Shown piece after piece: positions 7,978 to 17,036 of a stretch of 27,519 nucleotides of DNA. Numbering within the stretch: position 1 is the stretch's first letter; each line of letters opens with the position of its first letter. Below the pieces are notes generated by a model. It was not told the DNA's origin and did not search any database. It saw nothing but the letters and a program-made list of their open reading frames with translations. The position numbers were made by a program, and so were the translations under genes. The stretch comes from a virus (Duplodnaviria > Caudoviricetes), in IMG/VR virus record IMGVR_UViG_3300005323_000090, positions 1-27,519 of that record, one strand, 5' to 3'.

Positions 7978-9798
7978 ATGAAGAAAGACTTTCAGAATTA
8001 TAAAGAGCTATTCAATGCGCTTAAAACGCGCTGGACCGAGCATCTGCCTGTTTGGCAGAAAATAGCCCAGCTCGTGGCGATAAATGTTGATCCGCAGTAT
8101 AGCCAGTCAGGCAACGATAGATCCGGTGATCAACTTGATCAATACATCGATGACCCCACGGCCGCAATATCCGTCAATCAATGCGGTGACTATCTGTGGG
8201 GGATAATCTGGGGCAATGGCGATAATGTATTCTCTTTGCAGCCGAGCGAAGACGTTAAAGAAATGGCCGAGATGCTCGGGGAGGATGTCACAAAATACTT
8301 TGAGTGGCGAACCAGGCGGTTGCTTGGCAGGATGAACGACAGTCAATCCGGATTAGCTTCCGCAGGGAAATCTTACTGCTATGATCAGTCTTCTTTCGGC
8401 ACCAGCGGATTGGGGTCATTCCTTAACGCCGCGTACAAAGACAAGATCGAAGAGAACGTCTTTATATTCCGTAATTATGGAGTGGACGGGCTGATAATCG
8501 ACGAAGGCAAAAGTGGCTTGGTAGACGTGATCTTTGTGCCTTACTATTGGACGGCGGCCAGGATAGTGTCGGAGTTCTGTATGAGTAACGGAGTGCTTAA
8601 TAGGGCGGCCTTTGCAAAGCTTCCCGATGATGTCCAGAAGGCTTACAATTCCGACTACAATGACAAGTTCCATGTCGTCCACGGGATCATACCCAGGGAA
8701 GACTACAATCCCAAGCTAAAGGGGAAACGCGGTGCCAGATACCGCGGAATCTGGTTTACCGAGGATGCCGATAGACCATTCTTTGAGGAAGACTATAGCC
8801 GTATACCGATAGGAGTATGCCGGGCCATTAGGATCCGCGGGGACGTTTACGGCCGGGCAAGCGGGACCATGTTGACCAGCGCAATACGCAGCGTGAATTA
8901 TATGATCGGAAAGGCCATCGAAATACTCGAGAAGCTCGGCAGCCCATCTATGGGGATGTGGGGAGCCAGTATAATGGGCGATAGTGTGCTTGATACCTCA
9001 GCCGATGCCTTGACGGTTTTTAATCCCGAGTTCCGACAGGGAGATGCCTCTCCTATTTTCCCGCTGCATGATGTAGGAGATCCCACGGGGATCATAAAGT
9101 TCCTGATACCGTATTTCAACGAGAAGATCGCAACGGCGTTTAAGATCGATATTCTGCTCGACTTTAACGATAAATCCTCCAAAACTGCCACGGAGATGTT
9201 GCAGCGTGCCGTGATAAGGGATAAAGCCCTTGCCGGCATGCTGCAGCAGCAACGTGATGAGGCCCTTAACCCGATAGTGCACCATTGCATTGCTATCGAA
9301 GATAACCTTGACCTGGGTGGTATTAACCGCATTACGTCAAGAGATATATACGATCAGCTGCTCAAAGCCGGTAAAACCGAGAGGGTGATACCGCAGGCAG
9401 TGATCGCAGCCAAGGAGGCCGGCAAGCCATGGTATCAGATCAAGTGGAATAATGCCCTGGATAAGCTGAGCAACAGTGAGAAACTTGACGCTTTGCTGAA
9501 GATCCTGCAGGTTGTAACGGCGGTGGGAGCGGTATTCCCGGACATAATAGAAGCGATAGACTGGTATAAATTCCTGGAGGATTTTAAGTCCTGCCTGGGG
9601 ATAAAAACAAGTTTTATGCTGACGGCAGACGAGTTTAAGGCCGTGGTGGCGCAGAAAGCGGCCATGCAGGCGCAGATGATGGCTTTGCAAGGGGCAAAGG
9701 TGGGGTCGGATATAAAACGGAACATTGCCGGGGCTAAGCGCGATGAGGCGCAGGCCATGCAGGAACAACCGGTCTCGGTAAATGGGGATAAGGGGTGA
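7978..9798 (+). CDS. Portal (head-tail connector), T7 gp8/BPP-1-like
   Basis: ~606 aa with D..SFGTS, R..GDVYGR and KTATE motifs and a Q/A-rich C-terminus. Position after terminase. Confidence 0.88.
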   Translation: MKKDFQNYKELFNALKTRWTEHLPVWQKIAQLVAINVDPQYSQSGNDRSGDQLDQYIDDPTAAISVNQCGDYLWGIIWGNGDNVFSLQPSEDVKEMAEMLGEDVTKYFEWRTRRLLGRMNDSQSGLASAGKSYCYDQSSFGTSGLGSFLNAAYKDKIEENVFIFRNYGVDGLIIDEGKSGLVDVIFVPYYWTAARIVSEFCMSNGVLNRAAFAKLPDDVQKAYNSDYNDKFHVVHGIIPREDYNPKLKGKRGARYRGIWFTEDADRPFFEEDYSRIPIGVCRAIRIRGDVYGRASGTMLTSAIRSVNYMIGKAIEILEKLGSPSMGMWGASIMGDSVLDTSADALTVFNPEFRQGDASPIFPLHDVGDPTGIIKFLIPYFNEKIATAFKIDILLDFNDKSSKTATEMLQRAVIRDKALAGMLQQQRDEALNPIVHHCIAIEDNLDLGGINRITSRDIYDQLLKAGKTERVIPQAVIAAKEAGKPWYQIKWNNALDKLSNSEKLDALLKILQVVTAVGAVFPDIIEAIDWYKFLEDFKSCLGIKTSFMLTADEFKAVVAQKAAMQAQMMALQGAKVGSDIKRNIAGAKRDEAQAMQEQPVSVNGDKG

Positions 9799-10118
9799 GG
9801 ATGATGGGTGAAACGCAGTCTACAACCGACAGGTTGATGCAAAAAGATGCCGCAACAAAGCAGGTGGAAGAAGCCCGTAAGGCAGAACTGGAAGAGTTAA
9901 AACGGTGCGCGAATAGGCTATTTTCGAGTCCCGACGGTAAGTTCTGGGCCAAGCGGGCGATAAACTGGCTCGGCGTGAACAAGCGGGACCGGGGCATCTT
10001 TGCCAGTTCGGTAATGCTCGCGGCAAAAGAGGCAAATAATCAGTTTTTCCTGGCCTTTTTTAAAGAGTTGTTGGAACCGGAAGTGTTGATGAATATTGAA
10101 AGGGGTGAAACGAAATGA
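9795..10118 (+). CDS. Small protein between portal and scaffold (Bbp19-like)
   Basis: RLFSSPDGK motif and synteny. Confidence 0.6.
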   Translation: MRMMGETQSTTDRLMQKDAATKQVEEARKAELEELKRCANRLFSSPDGKFWAKRAINWLGVNKRDRGIFASSVMLAAKEANNQFFLAFFKELLEPEVLMNIERGETK

Positions 10119-11065
10119 AGCGGACAATCATGTTTTTAATGGGGCTGACCGGCATAGCACTAAATTGGGTGCTTATGGCGCTGGTAAATCTTGGTAACCG
10201 GGGGGCTGTAGGTGCCGGCGGAGGAACAGGAGGAAACGGCGGAGGAGATGGAGGGGGAGAAGGTGGGGATGAAGGAGGGGGCAACGGCAGCGGAGGAGGA
10301 TCCGGAGGAAACGGCGGAGGATCCGGGACGTTTACGGTCCCGGAGGCATACAAAGAAAAGAATTGGGCCAAAAAGGTAAAGTCTATTGACGATGTCTATA
10401 GGCAGCTTGATACACTGGATTCTCTTGCCGGTAAGAAAACAGTTGTGCCTGACTTTGACACGGCCACGCAGGAAGAGTTGACATCTTTCTTTAACCAACT
10501 GCGGCCAAAGGATAAGGCGTATACCTTCCCGGAGGGGTCGAATAAGGAGCTTGTGGAGGCGATGTCGGAAGCTTTCCACCAGGCTGGGGCGCCAAAGGCG
10601 TTGGCAAACAAGATTATTGAGGCTTATGCTGGATTCGAAAAGAAAGTGATAGAACAGCGTTTCTCAGCCGATGGCCTGCAGAAGGTACTCAAGGACAGTT
10701 TTGGTAAGGACGGCTCGGATTACAAAGAGGTATCCGGGAAGGTAATCAATTTCACCAAAGAGCTGCTGAGCACGGACGACCAGAAGTTGATAGACGGTAA
10801 GATGTCGAACGATATTCTGGGAGTATTTTATCGCTTCGCTCATTCCGTGATGACGAAATACGGAGTGGTAGAAGGGACAACAGAAGGCGGCGGCGCCGGC
10901 GGAGGGCATGGCCACCAGAATACAGAGGGAGACTTCCAGAAGAAGGTATCCGATTTGCGCAAGCAGATACAGGATCTCTCCAAAAAGCCGCATGTAGCCG
11001 AGGAAAAGAAGCGGCTTATGGATAAGTTGACGGCACTGTACAAAGAGCGCAACAAAACCAAGTAA
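10115..11065 (+). CDS. Capsid scaffolding protein with hydrophobic leader and Gly-rich linker
   Basis: VPE..K..KSIDD..L..GKK..VP..F..LRP..Y pattern, helical C-terminus and synteny. Confidence 0.75.
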   Translation: MKRTIMFLMGLTGIALNWVLMALVNLGNRGAVGAGGGTGGNGGGDGGGEGGDEGGGNGSGGGSGGNGGGSGTFTVPEAYKEKNWAKKVKSIDDVYRQLDTLDSLAGKKTVVPDFDTATQEELTSFFNQLRPKDKAYTFPEGSNKELVEAMSEAFHQAGAPKALANKIIEAYAGFEKKVIEQRFSADGLQKVLKDSFGKDGSDYKEVSGKVINFTKELLSTDDQKLIDGKMSNDILGVFYRFAHSVMTKYGVVEGTTEGGGAGGGHGHQNTEGDFQKKVSDLRKQIQDLSKKPHVAEEKKRLMDKLTALYKERNKTK

Positions 11066-11091
11066 TTGAAGTTCAGAATAGGGGGTATGAG

Positions 11092-11766
11092 ATGGGCATG
11101 TTGAAAATTGCGGCAAGCGGGGCTTATTATACCGGAGGCGGCGCGCGCGGAAAAGAAACCGTCGATTACGAGAACGTAACCGGTATAATCCCGGTTATAG
11201 ACAAGGACCGGGTTCAGCAGGCGGTAATGTGGCGGATGATCCAGATTTGGATATCCAAGGATGCGCGCTACACAAAGAGGTTCGATCTCCTGCGCGTCTG
11301 CTATATCGATAAAATCGAGGACGTAGACGGAAAGCCGGAGATTATCGGCAAGGACGTTAAGGAGCTGGATTGGGAAGGACTGCAGGACCTGGCGGTATGG
11401 AAAGACCTGCGGAAGATCCCGAACTACAAAACCAGCGATCTACGCACGGCAAGGGAGATCGCTTACCTGGAGTATTCCAGGCTGATCGGGAACAAGATCG
11501 ATCCGGACCGCAAGGGATACAATTACGCGAGCCTTCCGGCGCTTATCATAGCCGATGACAACAGGGTAGCCGAGCCTCACAAAACAAAGAGCAACGATGA
11601 GGTGATTGCGGAGGAGCAAGAAAATAAGTCCGTGGGGGAGGAGGAAAAGACTTTTACCCTTGCGGAGCTTAGGAAGATCGCCAAAGCCAAAGGAATCAAA
11701 CTCGGCGCCAAGATAACGCTGGAAGAGGCCTACCAGATCGTTATCAAAGGGGAGAGCGGTGAATAA
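11092..11766 (+). CDS. Hypothetical protein (C-terminal short helical motif TLAELRKIAKAKGI)
   Basis: 224-aa ORF with RBS. No recognisable family. Confidence 0.7.
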   Translation: MGMLKIAASGAYYTGGGARGKETVDYENVTGIIPVIDKDRVQQAVMWRMIQIWISKDARYTKRFDLLRVCYIDKIEDVDGKPEIIGKDVKELDWEGLQDLAVWKDLRKIPNYKTSDLRTAREIAYLEYSRLIGNKIDPDRKGYNYASLPALIIADDNRVAEPHKTKSNDEVIAEEQENKSVGEEEKTFTLAELRKIAKAKGIKLGAKITLEEAYQIVIKGESGE

Positions 11767-12106
11767 GTTGGTGCTATTGCTCCGCCGGCTGTTTGCCGGC
11801 AGACAGAGGGGACTACCGCGGCATAGTTTGACGGTAAAGCCGCGGGCTGACTGGGTGCTGTTTAAAGCGCTGGTGATAAATCGTAAAAGCGGGATTGTGG
11901 TTCCCGAAGGTACCAGGCTTGATCAGGATCTGGTGAAAAATATCGTTTTTGACGTGGGGCCGCGCGTGTTTAATGTGCGGCCCGGGGATGAAATAATCAT
12001 TCTCCCCCACGCCAGGCTAAAGATAAGCATGCCGGGCAGGGACGTCGAACCCGATCTGTTCCTTGTCAAGGAGCAGGAGATATGCGCAGTCATTTTTAGT
12101 AGGTAG
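11759..12106 (+). CDS. GroES/Cpn10-like co-chaperonin
   Basis: VKPRADWVL..KSGIVVP..VFDVGP..VRPGDEI..LVKEQEICAV matches the GroES pattern (KPLxDRV, SGIxxP, VGPG, VKxGD, xxExDILA). Confidence 0.75.
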   Translation: MNKLVLLLRRLFAGRQRGLPRHSLTVKPRADWVLFKALVINRKSGIVVPEGTRLDQDLVKNIVFDVGPRVFNVRPGDEIIILPHARLKISMPGRDVEPDLFLVKEQEICAVIFSR

Positions 12107-12113
12107 CAGGATC

Positions 12114-12189
12114 CGCGGGATGGTGAAGGCAGGATTAACACACCCGGCTCATACCCGGGTTATCGTGGGTTCAAATCCCACTCCCGCAA
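12114..12189 (+). tRNA. tRNA with CAT anticodon, initiator (fMet)-like; CCA not encoded
   Basis: Acceptor CGCGGGA/TCCCGCA with C1:A72 mismatch, anticodon arm CCCGG-CTCATAC-CCGGG, T arm GTGGG-TTCAAAT-CCCAC. Confidence 0.88.
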
Positions 12190-12198
12190 TCTTTTGAT

Positions 12199-12609
12199 AT
12201 GGTTAGCATAAAAGAATACCTGGAAGCAAAGCATTCCCCTGAGCGGTTTGTCAGGATGCAGGACGGCTGGATCGCCGACAGGTTATTAAGGCTGGATTTT
12301 TCTCCGGTTGAACTGGAGGAAGAGCAGCGATGGCAAGAGGCGGAAATGTACGCCTCGCAATACGGCAGGCAGATTTCCGACCAGGAAGCCGAGACGTTGA
12401 TCGACAGGAGGGAGTATCACCCATCGATAGTGAAAGCGGCCGCGGCGTTAATGCTCAAGCCGGTATTTAAATACTGGACGCAGACGATACAACCCGGGGG
12501 GATACAGTACTATTTTTGTTATCTCCCGGAAGGCGGAATTGTAATTGCAAGCCACAGGTTAGACAGGCATTTGGTGCGTCCGGTAAGGAGAAGTATATTG
12601 CAACAGTAG
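12199..12609 (+). CDS. Divergent DUF1566/Lcl C-type-lectin-fold protein
   Basis: RF...DGWIADRLLRL, WQEA, R...EAETLID..HPSI, YWTQT and terminal G.V...VRPVR follow the DUF1566 pattern. Confidence 0.65.
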   Translation: MVSIKEYLEAKHSPERFVRMQDGWIADRLLRLDFSPVELEEEQRWQEAEMYASQYGRQISDQEAETLIDRREYHPSIVKAAAALMLKPVFKYWTQTIQPGGIQYYFCYLPEGGIVIASHRLDRHLVRPVRRSILQQ

Positions 12610-12625
12610 ATTTGTTCCAAAAAAT

Positions 12626-12726
12626 GCTCGGACACCTTCTGTTAAAGAAGCCCGGAGCGAAAGGTCTTGGGTATTCACCTAAGGAATACCAAGAGAACCC
12701 GCTGAGATTGCGGACACTTTTCGACC
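12626..12726 (+). ncRNA. Structured non-coding leader upstream of the major capsid gene
   Basis: Several stems (TCTTGGGTATTC/GAATACCAAGA, CTTC/GAAG inside GCTC/GAGC, CCGC/GCGG) and two copies of CGGACAC. Confidence 0.45.
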
Positions 12727-12765
12727 AGGTAAGAGAGTATCAACATCTTTAACAGGAGGTCAACA

Positions 12766-13689
12766 ATGGGAGCAACATACAGCCCGAGCATTGACCAGGG
12801 GCAGAGACAGTTATTTCAGGATAACTTTATCTCCCTGTGTCAGCAGAAGCAGTCCAAGCTGGAAAAGGCGGGAGTACTTGTCTACTTGCCTTCCCAGGGT
12901 AAGACCAACAACCTCGGCCGCATGGGGAAGATCGAGCTTGTTGAAGTAGCCACCCGTAACCCCGACAAACAGTACGGCGATTACGACCTGGATAACCGCC
13001 AGCTCACCAAGAGGCGCTTTACCAAAACCATAACACTGGATAAGCTCTACGACATCAACGAGCTTATCGCCGATCCGTCGGGATCCATCGTTGAGCAGCT
13101 CTCCAACGCGGTAGAGAGGCTTAAGGACAGGATAATTGCGTCCGCTGCCGGCGGCACGGTCCTGGTAGGGGCTCCCGATACCGCTCCGAGCGAGATATCG
13201 GCGGCAACCGACGGCGTGGTTACCGTATCCGCCACCGGAGGCATATCCTCGACGTCCATTGACAGCGTCGTGCAAACGTTCATCAACAACGACGTCCCCG
13301 AGGATCTCTACGAAGGCGGCGTGATAGCCGTTACCGGTAAGGAGCACGCGCAGCTGATGGCTGATGACAACTTCATCAGCAATCTCTACGTGGACGACAA
13401 GCCGGAGAATACCGGAAGCCTGAAGATGGTGCAGGGGTTCCGCGTGACGAAGTTCGCCGGGACCGACAGCAATATCACGGTCTCTAACCCGGTGCTGACC
13501 GAAGCCAGCACAGTGAGGACCTGCCTGGTGCTCTGTAAAGAGTCCGTGGCAATCTCACTGGAACTCGGGGACCTCGATATCTCGAAGAACCCGAGCAAGG
13601 TCAACTCCACCGACATCACCATCGACTACTGGATCAACGCGATGAGGATAGAGGGAGAGAGGGTAATAAAGGTCTCCACCACGATATAA
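12766..13689 (+). CDS. Major capsid protein
   Basis: 307 aa with strong AGGAGGT RBS. QQKQSKL N-terminus, R.KDRII, and C-terminal AMRIEGERVIKV typical of podovirus HK97-fold capsids. Synteny. Confidence 0.85.
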   Translation: MGATYSPSIDQGQRQLFQDNFISLCQQKQSKLEKAGVLVYLPSQGKTNNLGRMGKIELVEVATRNPDKQYGDYDLDNRQLTKRRFTKTITLDKLYDINELIADPSGSIVEQLSNAVERLKDRIIASAAGGTVLVGAPDTAPSEISAATDGVVTVSATGGISSTSIDSVVQTFINNDVPEDLYEGGVIAVTGKEHAQLMADDNFISNLYVDDKPENTGSLKMVQGFRVTKFAGTDSNITVSNPVLTEASTVRTCLVLCKESVAISLELGDLDISKNPSKVNSTDITIDYWINAMRIEGERVIKVSTTI

Positions 13690-13757
13690 CGATACAAACT
13701 TGTTCAACCGGCCGGGTCTGTGGGTGAAAACCGCAGTCCCGGCAAACAAGAAGGAGG

Positions 13758-14231
13758 ATGGAAATGGCAGAATTTGATACAGCGGAACAGACACACAATC
13801 CTTTGGACGCCCTGTTTGCAACCGGCGTCAAGGCCAAGATCATACGAGCCACGGCAACGATCACCAACGGCACTTCCGCAAGCGGAGACGTTATCCGTCT
13901 TGCCAAGGGGCTGCCTTTGGCAACCAAGATAGTGGGGATATTCGTCCCCAAGGCCATAGCCGCAATAGCCGGGCTGACCGACGTGGACTTCGGGTTCTAT
14001 AAGTCCAACGAGGGAGCGGCGTTAGACGCCGACATCCTCGTGGATGGGCTGGACCCTCACGCAGGGCTGTCTGTGGGTGAACTCATAGGCGCGAACGCCT
14101 ATAAGACGATCGGTGAGCACCTGAGCAAGAATAACGACCAGGAATACGCCGGAGGCGTTGATCTTGCTCTTACTCTGAAAGCCACGCCGTCGGCTTCCGG
14201 GACGATGACGTTCTGGTTGATCATGGCATAA
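13758..14231 (+). CDS. Probable capsid cement/decoration protein
   Basis: Beta-rich 157-aa protein immediately after the capsid gene (GDVIRL..LP, DVDFG). AGGAGG RBS. Confidence 0.6.
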   Translation: MEMAEFDTAEQTHNPLDALFATGVKAKIIRATATITNGTSASGDVIRLAKGLPLATKIVGIFVPKAIAAIAGLTDVDFGFYKSNEGAALDADILVDGLDPHAGLSVGELIGANAYKTIGEHLSKNNDQEYAGGVDLALTLKATPSASGTMTFWLIMA

Positions 14232-14257
14232 AAGGGATCGAGCCTAAGCTTAGGTTA

Positions 14258-14286
14258 GGGGAAGAGGGTGTCCGGCCCTCTTCCCC
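14258..14286 (+). terminator. Strong hairpin after the capsid/cement genes (no U-tract; attenuator or mRNA stabiliser)
   Basis: Perfect 11-bp stem GGGGAAGAGGG/CCCTCTTCCCC. Confidence 0.5.
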
Positions 14287-14306
14287 GCCCCTAAAGGAGC
14301 ACGAAG

Positions 14307-14918
14307 ATGAACTCTGCTACGCAAATATGCAACATGGCTTTAAGCCGCCTCGGCAGCAAGGAAACTGTAAACAGCATAACCGATCCGACAAAAGCCGAGG
14401 AAAGGATTTGCGCTGTCTGGTATGATCCCTGCCGGCAGAGCGTGCTTAAAAAATTAATGCCAAACTGCGCCCTGGCGCGCAAAATTGTGGCTAAGCTGAG
14501 CTTCACCCCGGCTTTCGGATACGCTTATGCCTATCAATATCCCATAGATTGTCTTAAGGTCCTTGGTATAGGCGCAATCCAGGATAAAGAGAACAACTAC
14601 GCAGTGGAAGGCAATATGATACTCACGGACGAGGATTACGAAGACGGTATGGAGCTGCGTTATATAAAAGACCTGACTGATGTATCCAAGATGCCCGTCG
14701 AGGTTTGCATAGCAATAAGCGCCGAGATGATGGAAAAAATAGCCCTGCAGATCACGCAGGATGCCGAGAAACTTAAAGCGGCAAATGCTTTTATCAAGAT
14801 CGATCAGGGCAGTGCATCGGCCCTGAACGGGCAGGAAAACAGACCGGTAAGGATCAACCGGTCGTTGTTCAAGCTGGCAAGGCAATACGATAACCCGAGC
14901 ACTTTCAACAAGCGTTAG
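14307..14918 (+). CDS. Tail tubular protein A / head-tail adaptor (T7 gp11-like)
   Basis: ICNMALSRLG..I.S..EERIC..WY..R, PAFGYAYAYQYPIDCL. Confidence 0.85.
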   Translation: MNSATQICNMALSRLGSKETVNSITDPTKAEERICAVWYDPCRQSVLKKLMPNCALARKIVAKLSFTPAFGYAYAYQYPIDCLKVLGIGAIQDKENNYAVEGNMILTDEDYEDGMELRYIKDLTDVSKMPVEVCIAISAEMMEKIALQITQDAEKLKAANAFIKIDQGSASALNGQENRPVRINRSLFKLARQYDNPSTFNKR

Positions 14919-14930
14919 GAAAGCGGATAA

Positions 14931-17036
14931 ATGAAGAAAAGGCTCTTTTTTGCTATCATTTCAGTTCTGATCGCGGCGAATACGGCGTTTGCGGCCAAGA
15001 TATCTACCCCTTTCAACAACTTCGCCCGCGGTAAACTCGACCATGACCTTAACGGCCGGTATGATCTTCCGATCTATACCACCGGTGCGGACATCTTCCA
15101 GAACTTTCTTTCTAACTTCAAAGGTAATGCTTTCTTCCGTCCCGGGTTTGAGGTGATCGAGAAATTCCAGGACTGCCGTTTTGTGGAATTTAAATTCTCC
15201 GATGAGCAGGATTACCTGGCCCTTTTCTACAACGGGCATATTAAGTTTTTGAGCTATGACAGCTCCGGGAATGTAGGATTCGTGCAGTCAGGAGGATCGG
15301 ATCTGGACGTATCATCCCCTTACACGCTGGCGCACTGCAAGGAACTTTCTTACGACCAGAATGCCGATGTGATGTATATCGCTCACAACAGCTATGCCCC
15401 GCGCAAGCTCACCCGAACAAGCGCCACGTCGTTTACGATATCCACCTTCAGCCGCACGGCAGATCCTTTTGATGATCCTTCGTCAGGGTCCACCGGCTGG
15501 CCAGCCTGCGTTAGATTTTATAAGGGCAGACTATGGTATGGCGGGCCAAGCCTCAAGCGGACGTATGTCTACGGTAGCATGGCAGGATCCTATGATGATT
15601 TTACTGTCCCTGAAAGCGATGTTGAAGACGATGACGCCGTGATATTCGCAATTTCAGACCTTACAGAAGCTATAAAATGGATTGCCGGTGGATCAAACAG
15701 CCTAATCGTCGGCTCTTCGCAGGGGCTTATCGCGATAAATGGCGGCAGCGTGGACACGGCGATCACTCCTACAACCGTGGAGGCGACCATTACCAATACG
15801 GACGGGGCGTCATCAACGCAACCGGTGCGTAAGGACTTGTATTTGTTCTATATCAACTCCATCAGGCGCAATGTGGAGTATTTCTCCTACGATTTGCTTA
15901 CCGAGAGTTTTAAGAGCGATGACGCAAATTTTTCCAGCTTCGATATCACCTCGGGAGGCATCAGCAAGCTGGTATATATCAAAGACAAGAACGATTTCTT
16001 GTTCTGCCTGCGCGATGACGGGGTGTTGTTGTCCCTAAACTTTAACCAGCCGGAAAGGATTGTAGGATGGACGGAACTTCCGACGGACGGCACGGTGTTG
16101 GATATCGGCAAGCTGCATAATCCTTCCACTGGACAGGATGATCTATTCATCCTGGTAAGCAGGGGCAATGGCGTATTCATCGAGAGGCTTGCCGGAGAGG
16201 TGATATTTCCACCCAGGGAGGACTTTTTCAGCGATGCGGACAGCGAGAGCGAAGACCAGGAAGCCTACTGGAGGTATGTGGCGGAACTGATGAAAAGCTG
16301 CATATACCTGGACAATGCCGTCACTTATTCGGATTATTACACAAGTACGATCACTTTTGACGGCACGGATACGATAACGTCCACGGCAAGCAATTTCTCT
16401 TCCGGAGACGTGGGTAGGCAGATCCATTATAAGACCGCGACCGGCCTTGAGAAGGGGATATTCGAAATAACCGGTTATACCGGCGCCACGTCCGTTACGG
16501 TTAGGGTGCTACTTACTCCTTCCCAAAACAGCTATTCCTCCTGGTATAAGAGTTTCAGCACGGTATCCGGACTGACGGATTACGCGTCCGCGGAGGTTTC
16601 CGTGGTGGGAGACGGCGGATATCTCGGGGAATATACGGTATCGGCCGGAGGAGTGTTGACGATCGACCGGGAGATCACTTCCGTCTGTATCGGCAGGAAA
16701 TATGAAGGGCTGATAAAGACGTTCAACCTGGGTTTCGCGGTAAACGGCATAAATACGCAATACCTGGTGAAGAACATAAACAAGGCACGGATACGCTTCA
16801 TCGCCTCTGCCGGCGGGCTGATAGGGCCATCTTTATACCGGATGGAGGAGGTCCAGCAGTTCGATCCCGCGGGATTTTTTGACTTGCCGCCGCTTCCCAT
16901 GGATGGGGACAGCCGGGAGATAACCTTCGACGATTCTTTCGAGACCGAGAAATCGCTGTATATCAAACAGGATAAGCCGCTGCCGCTGCATATAACAGCC
17001 GTTTTCTGCGACGTTGACTACGGGACCAGGCTATGA
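14931..17036 (+). CDS. Tail tubular protein B / nozzle (T7 gp12-like) with N-terminal signal peptide
   Basis: NNFARGKL..GR.D, RPG, QNADVMYIAH..PRKL.R, WPACV.FYKGRL and QDKPLPLHI motifs. Leader MKKRLFFAIISVLIAANTAFA. Confidence 0.88.
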   Translation: MKKRLFFAIISVLIAANTAFAAKISTPFNNFARGKLDHDLNGRYDLPIYTTGADIFQNFLSNFKGNAFFRPGFEVIEKFQDCRFVEFKFSDEQDYLALFYNGHIKFLSYDSSGNVGFVQSGGSDLDVSSPYTLAHCKELSYDQNADVMYIAHNSYAPRKLTRTSATSFTISTFSRTADPFDDPSSGSTGWPACVRFYKGRLWYGGPSLKRTYVYGSMAGSYDDFTVPESDVEDDDAVIFAISDLTEAIKWIAGGSNSLIVGSSQGLIAINGGSVDTAITPTTVEATITNTDGASSTQPVRKDLYLFYINSIRRNVEYFSYDLLTESFKSDDANFSSFDITSGGISKLVYIKDKNDFLFCLRDDGVLLSLNFNQPERIVGWTELPTDGTVLDIGKLHNPSTGQDDLFILVSRGNGVFIERLAGEVIFPPREDFFSDADSESEDQEAYWRYVAELMKSCIYLDNAVTYSDYYTSTITFDGTDTITSTASNFSSGDVGRQIHYKTATGLEKGIFEITGYTGATSVTVRVLLTPSQNSYSSWYKSFSTVSGLTDYASAEVSVVGDGGYLGEYTVSAGGVLTIDREITSVCIGRKYEGLIKTFNLGFAVNGINTQYLVKNINKARIRFIASAGGLIGPSLYRMEEVQQFDPAGFFDLPPLPMDGDSREITFDDSFETEKSLYIKQDKPLPLHITAVFCDVDYGTRL

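Noticed and set aside
10205-10330. GGA/GGC-rich repeats as an array or VNTR
   Set aside because: Explained by the Gly-rich coding linker of the scaffold. No repeat-spacer structure.
12480-12600. Variable region of the DGR
   Set aside because: Mismatches to the TR occur at non-adenine positions. The similarity is at protein level only.
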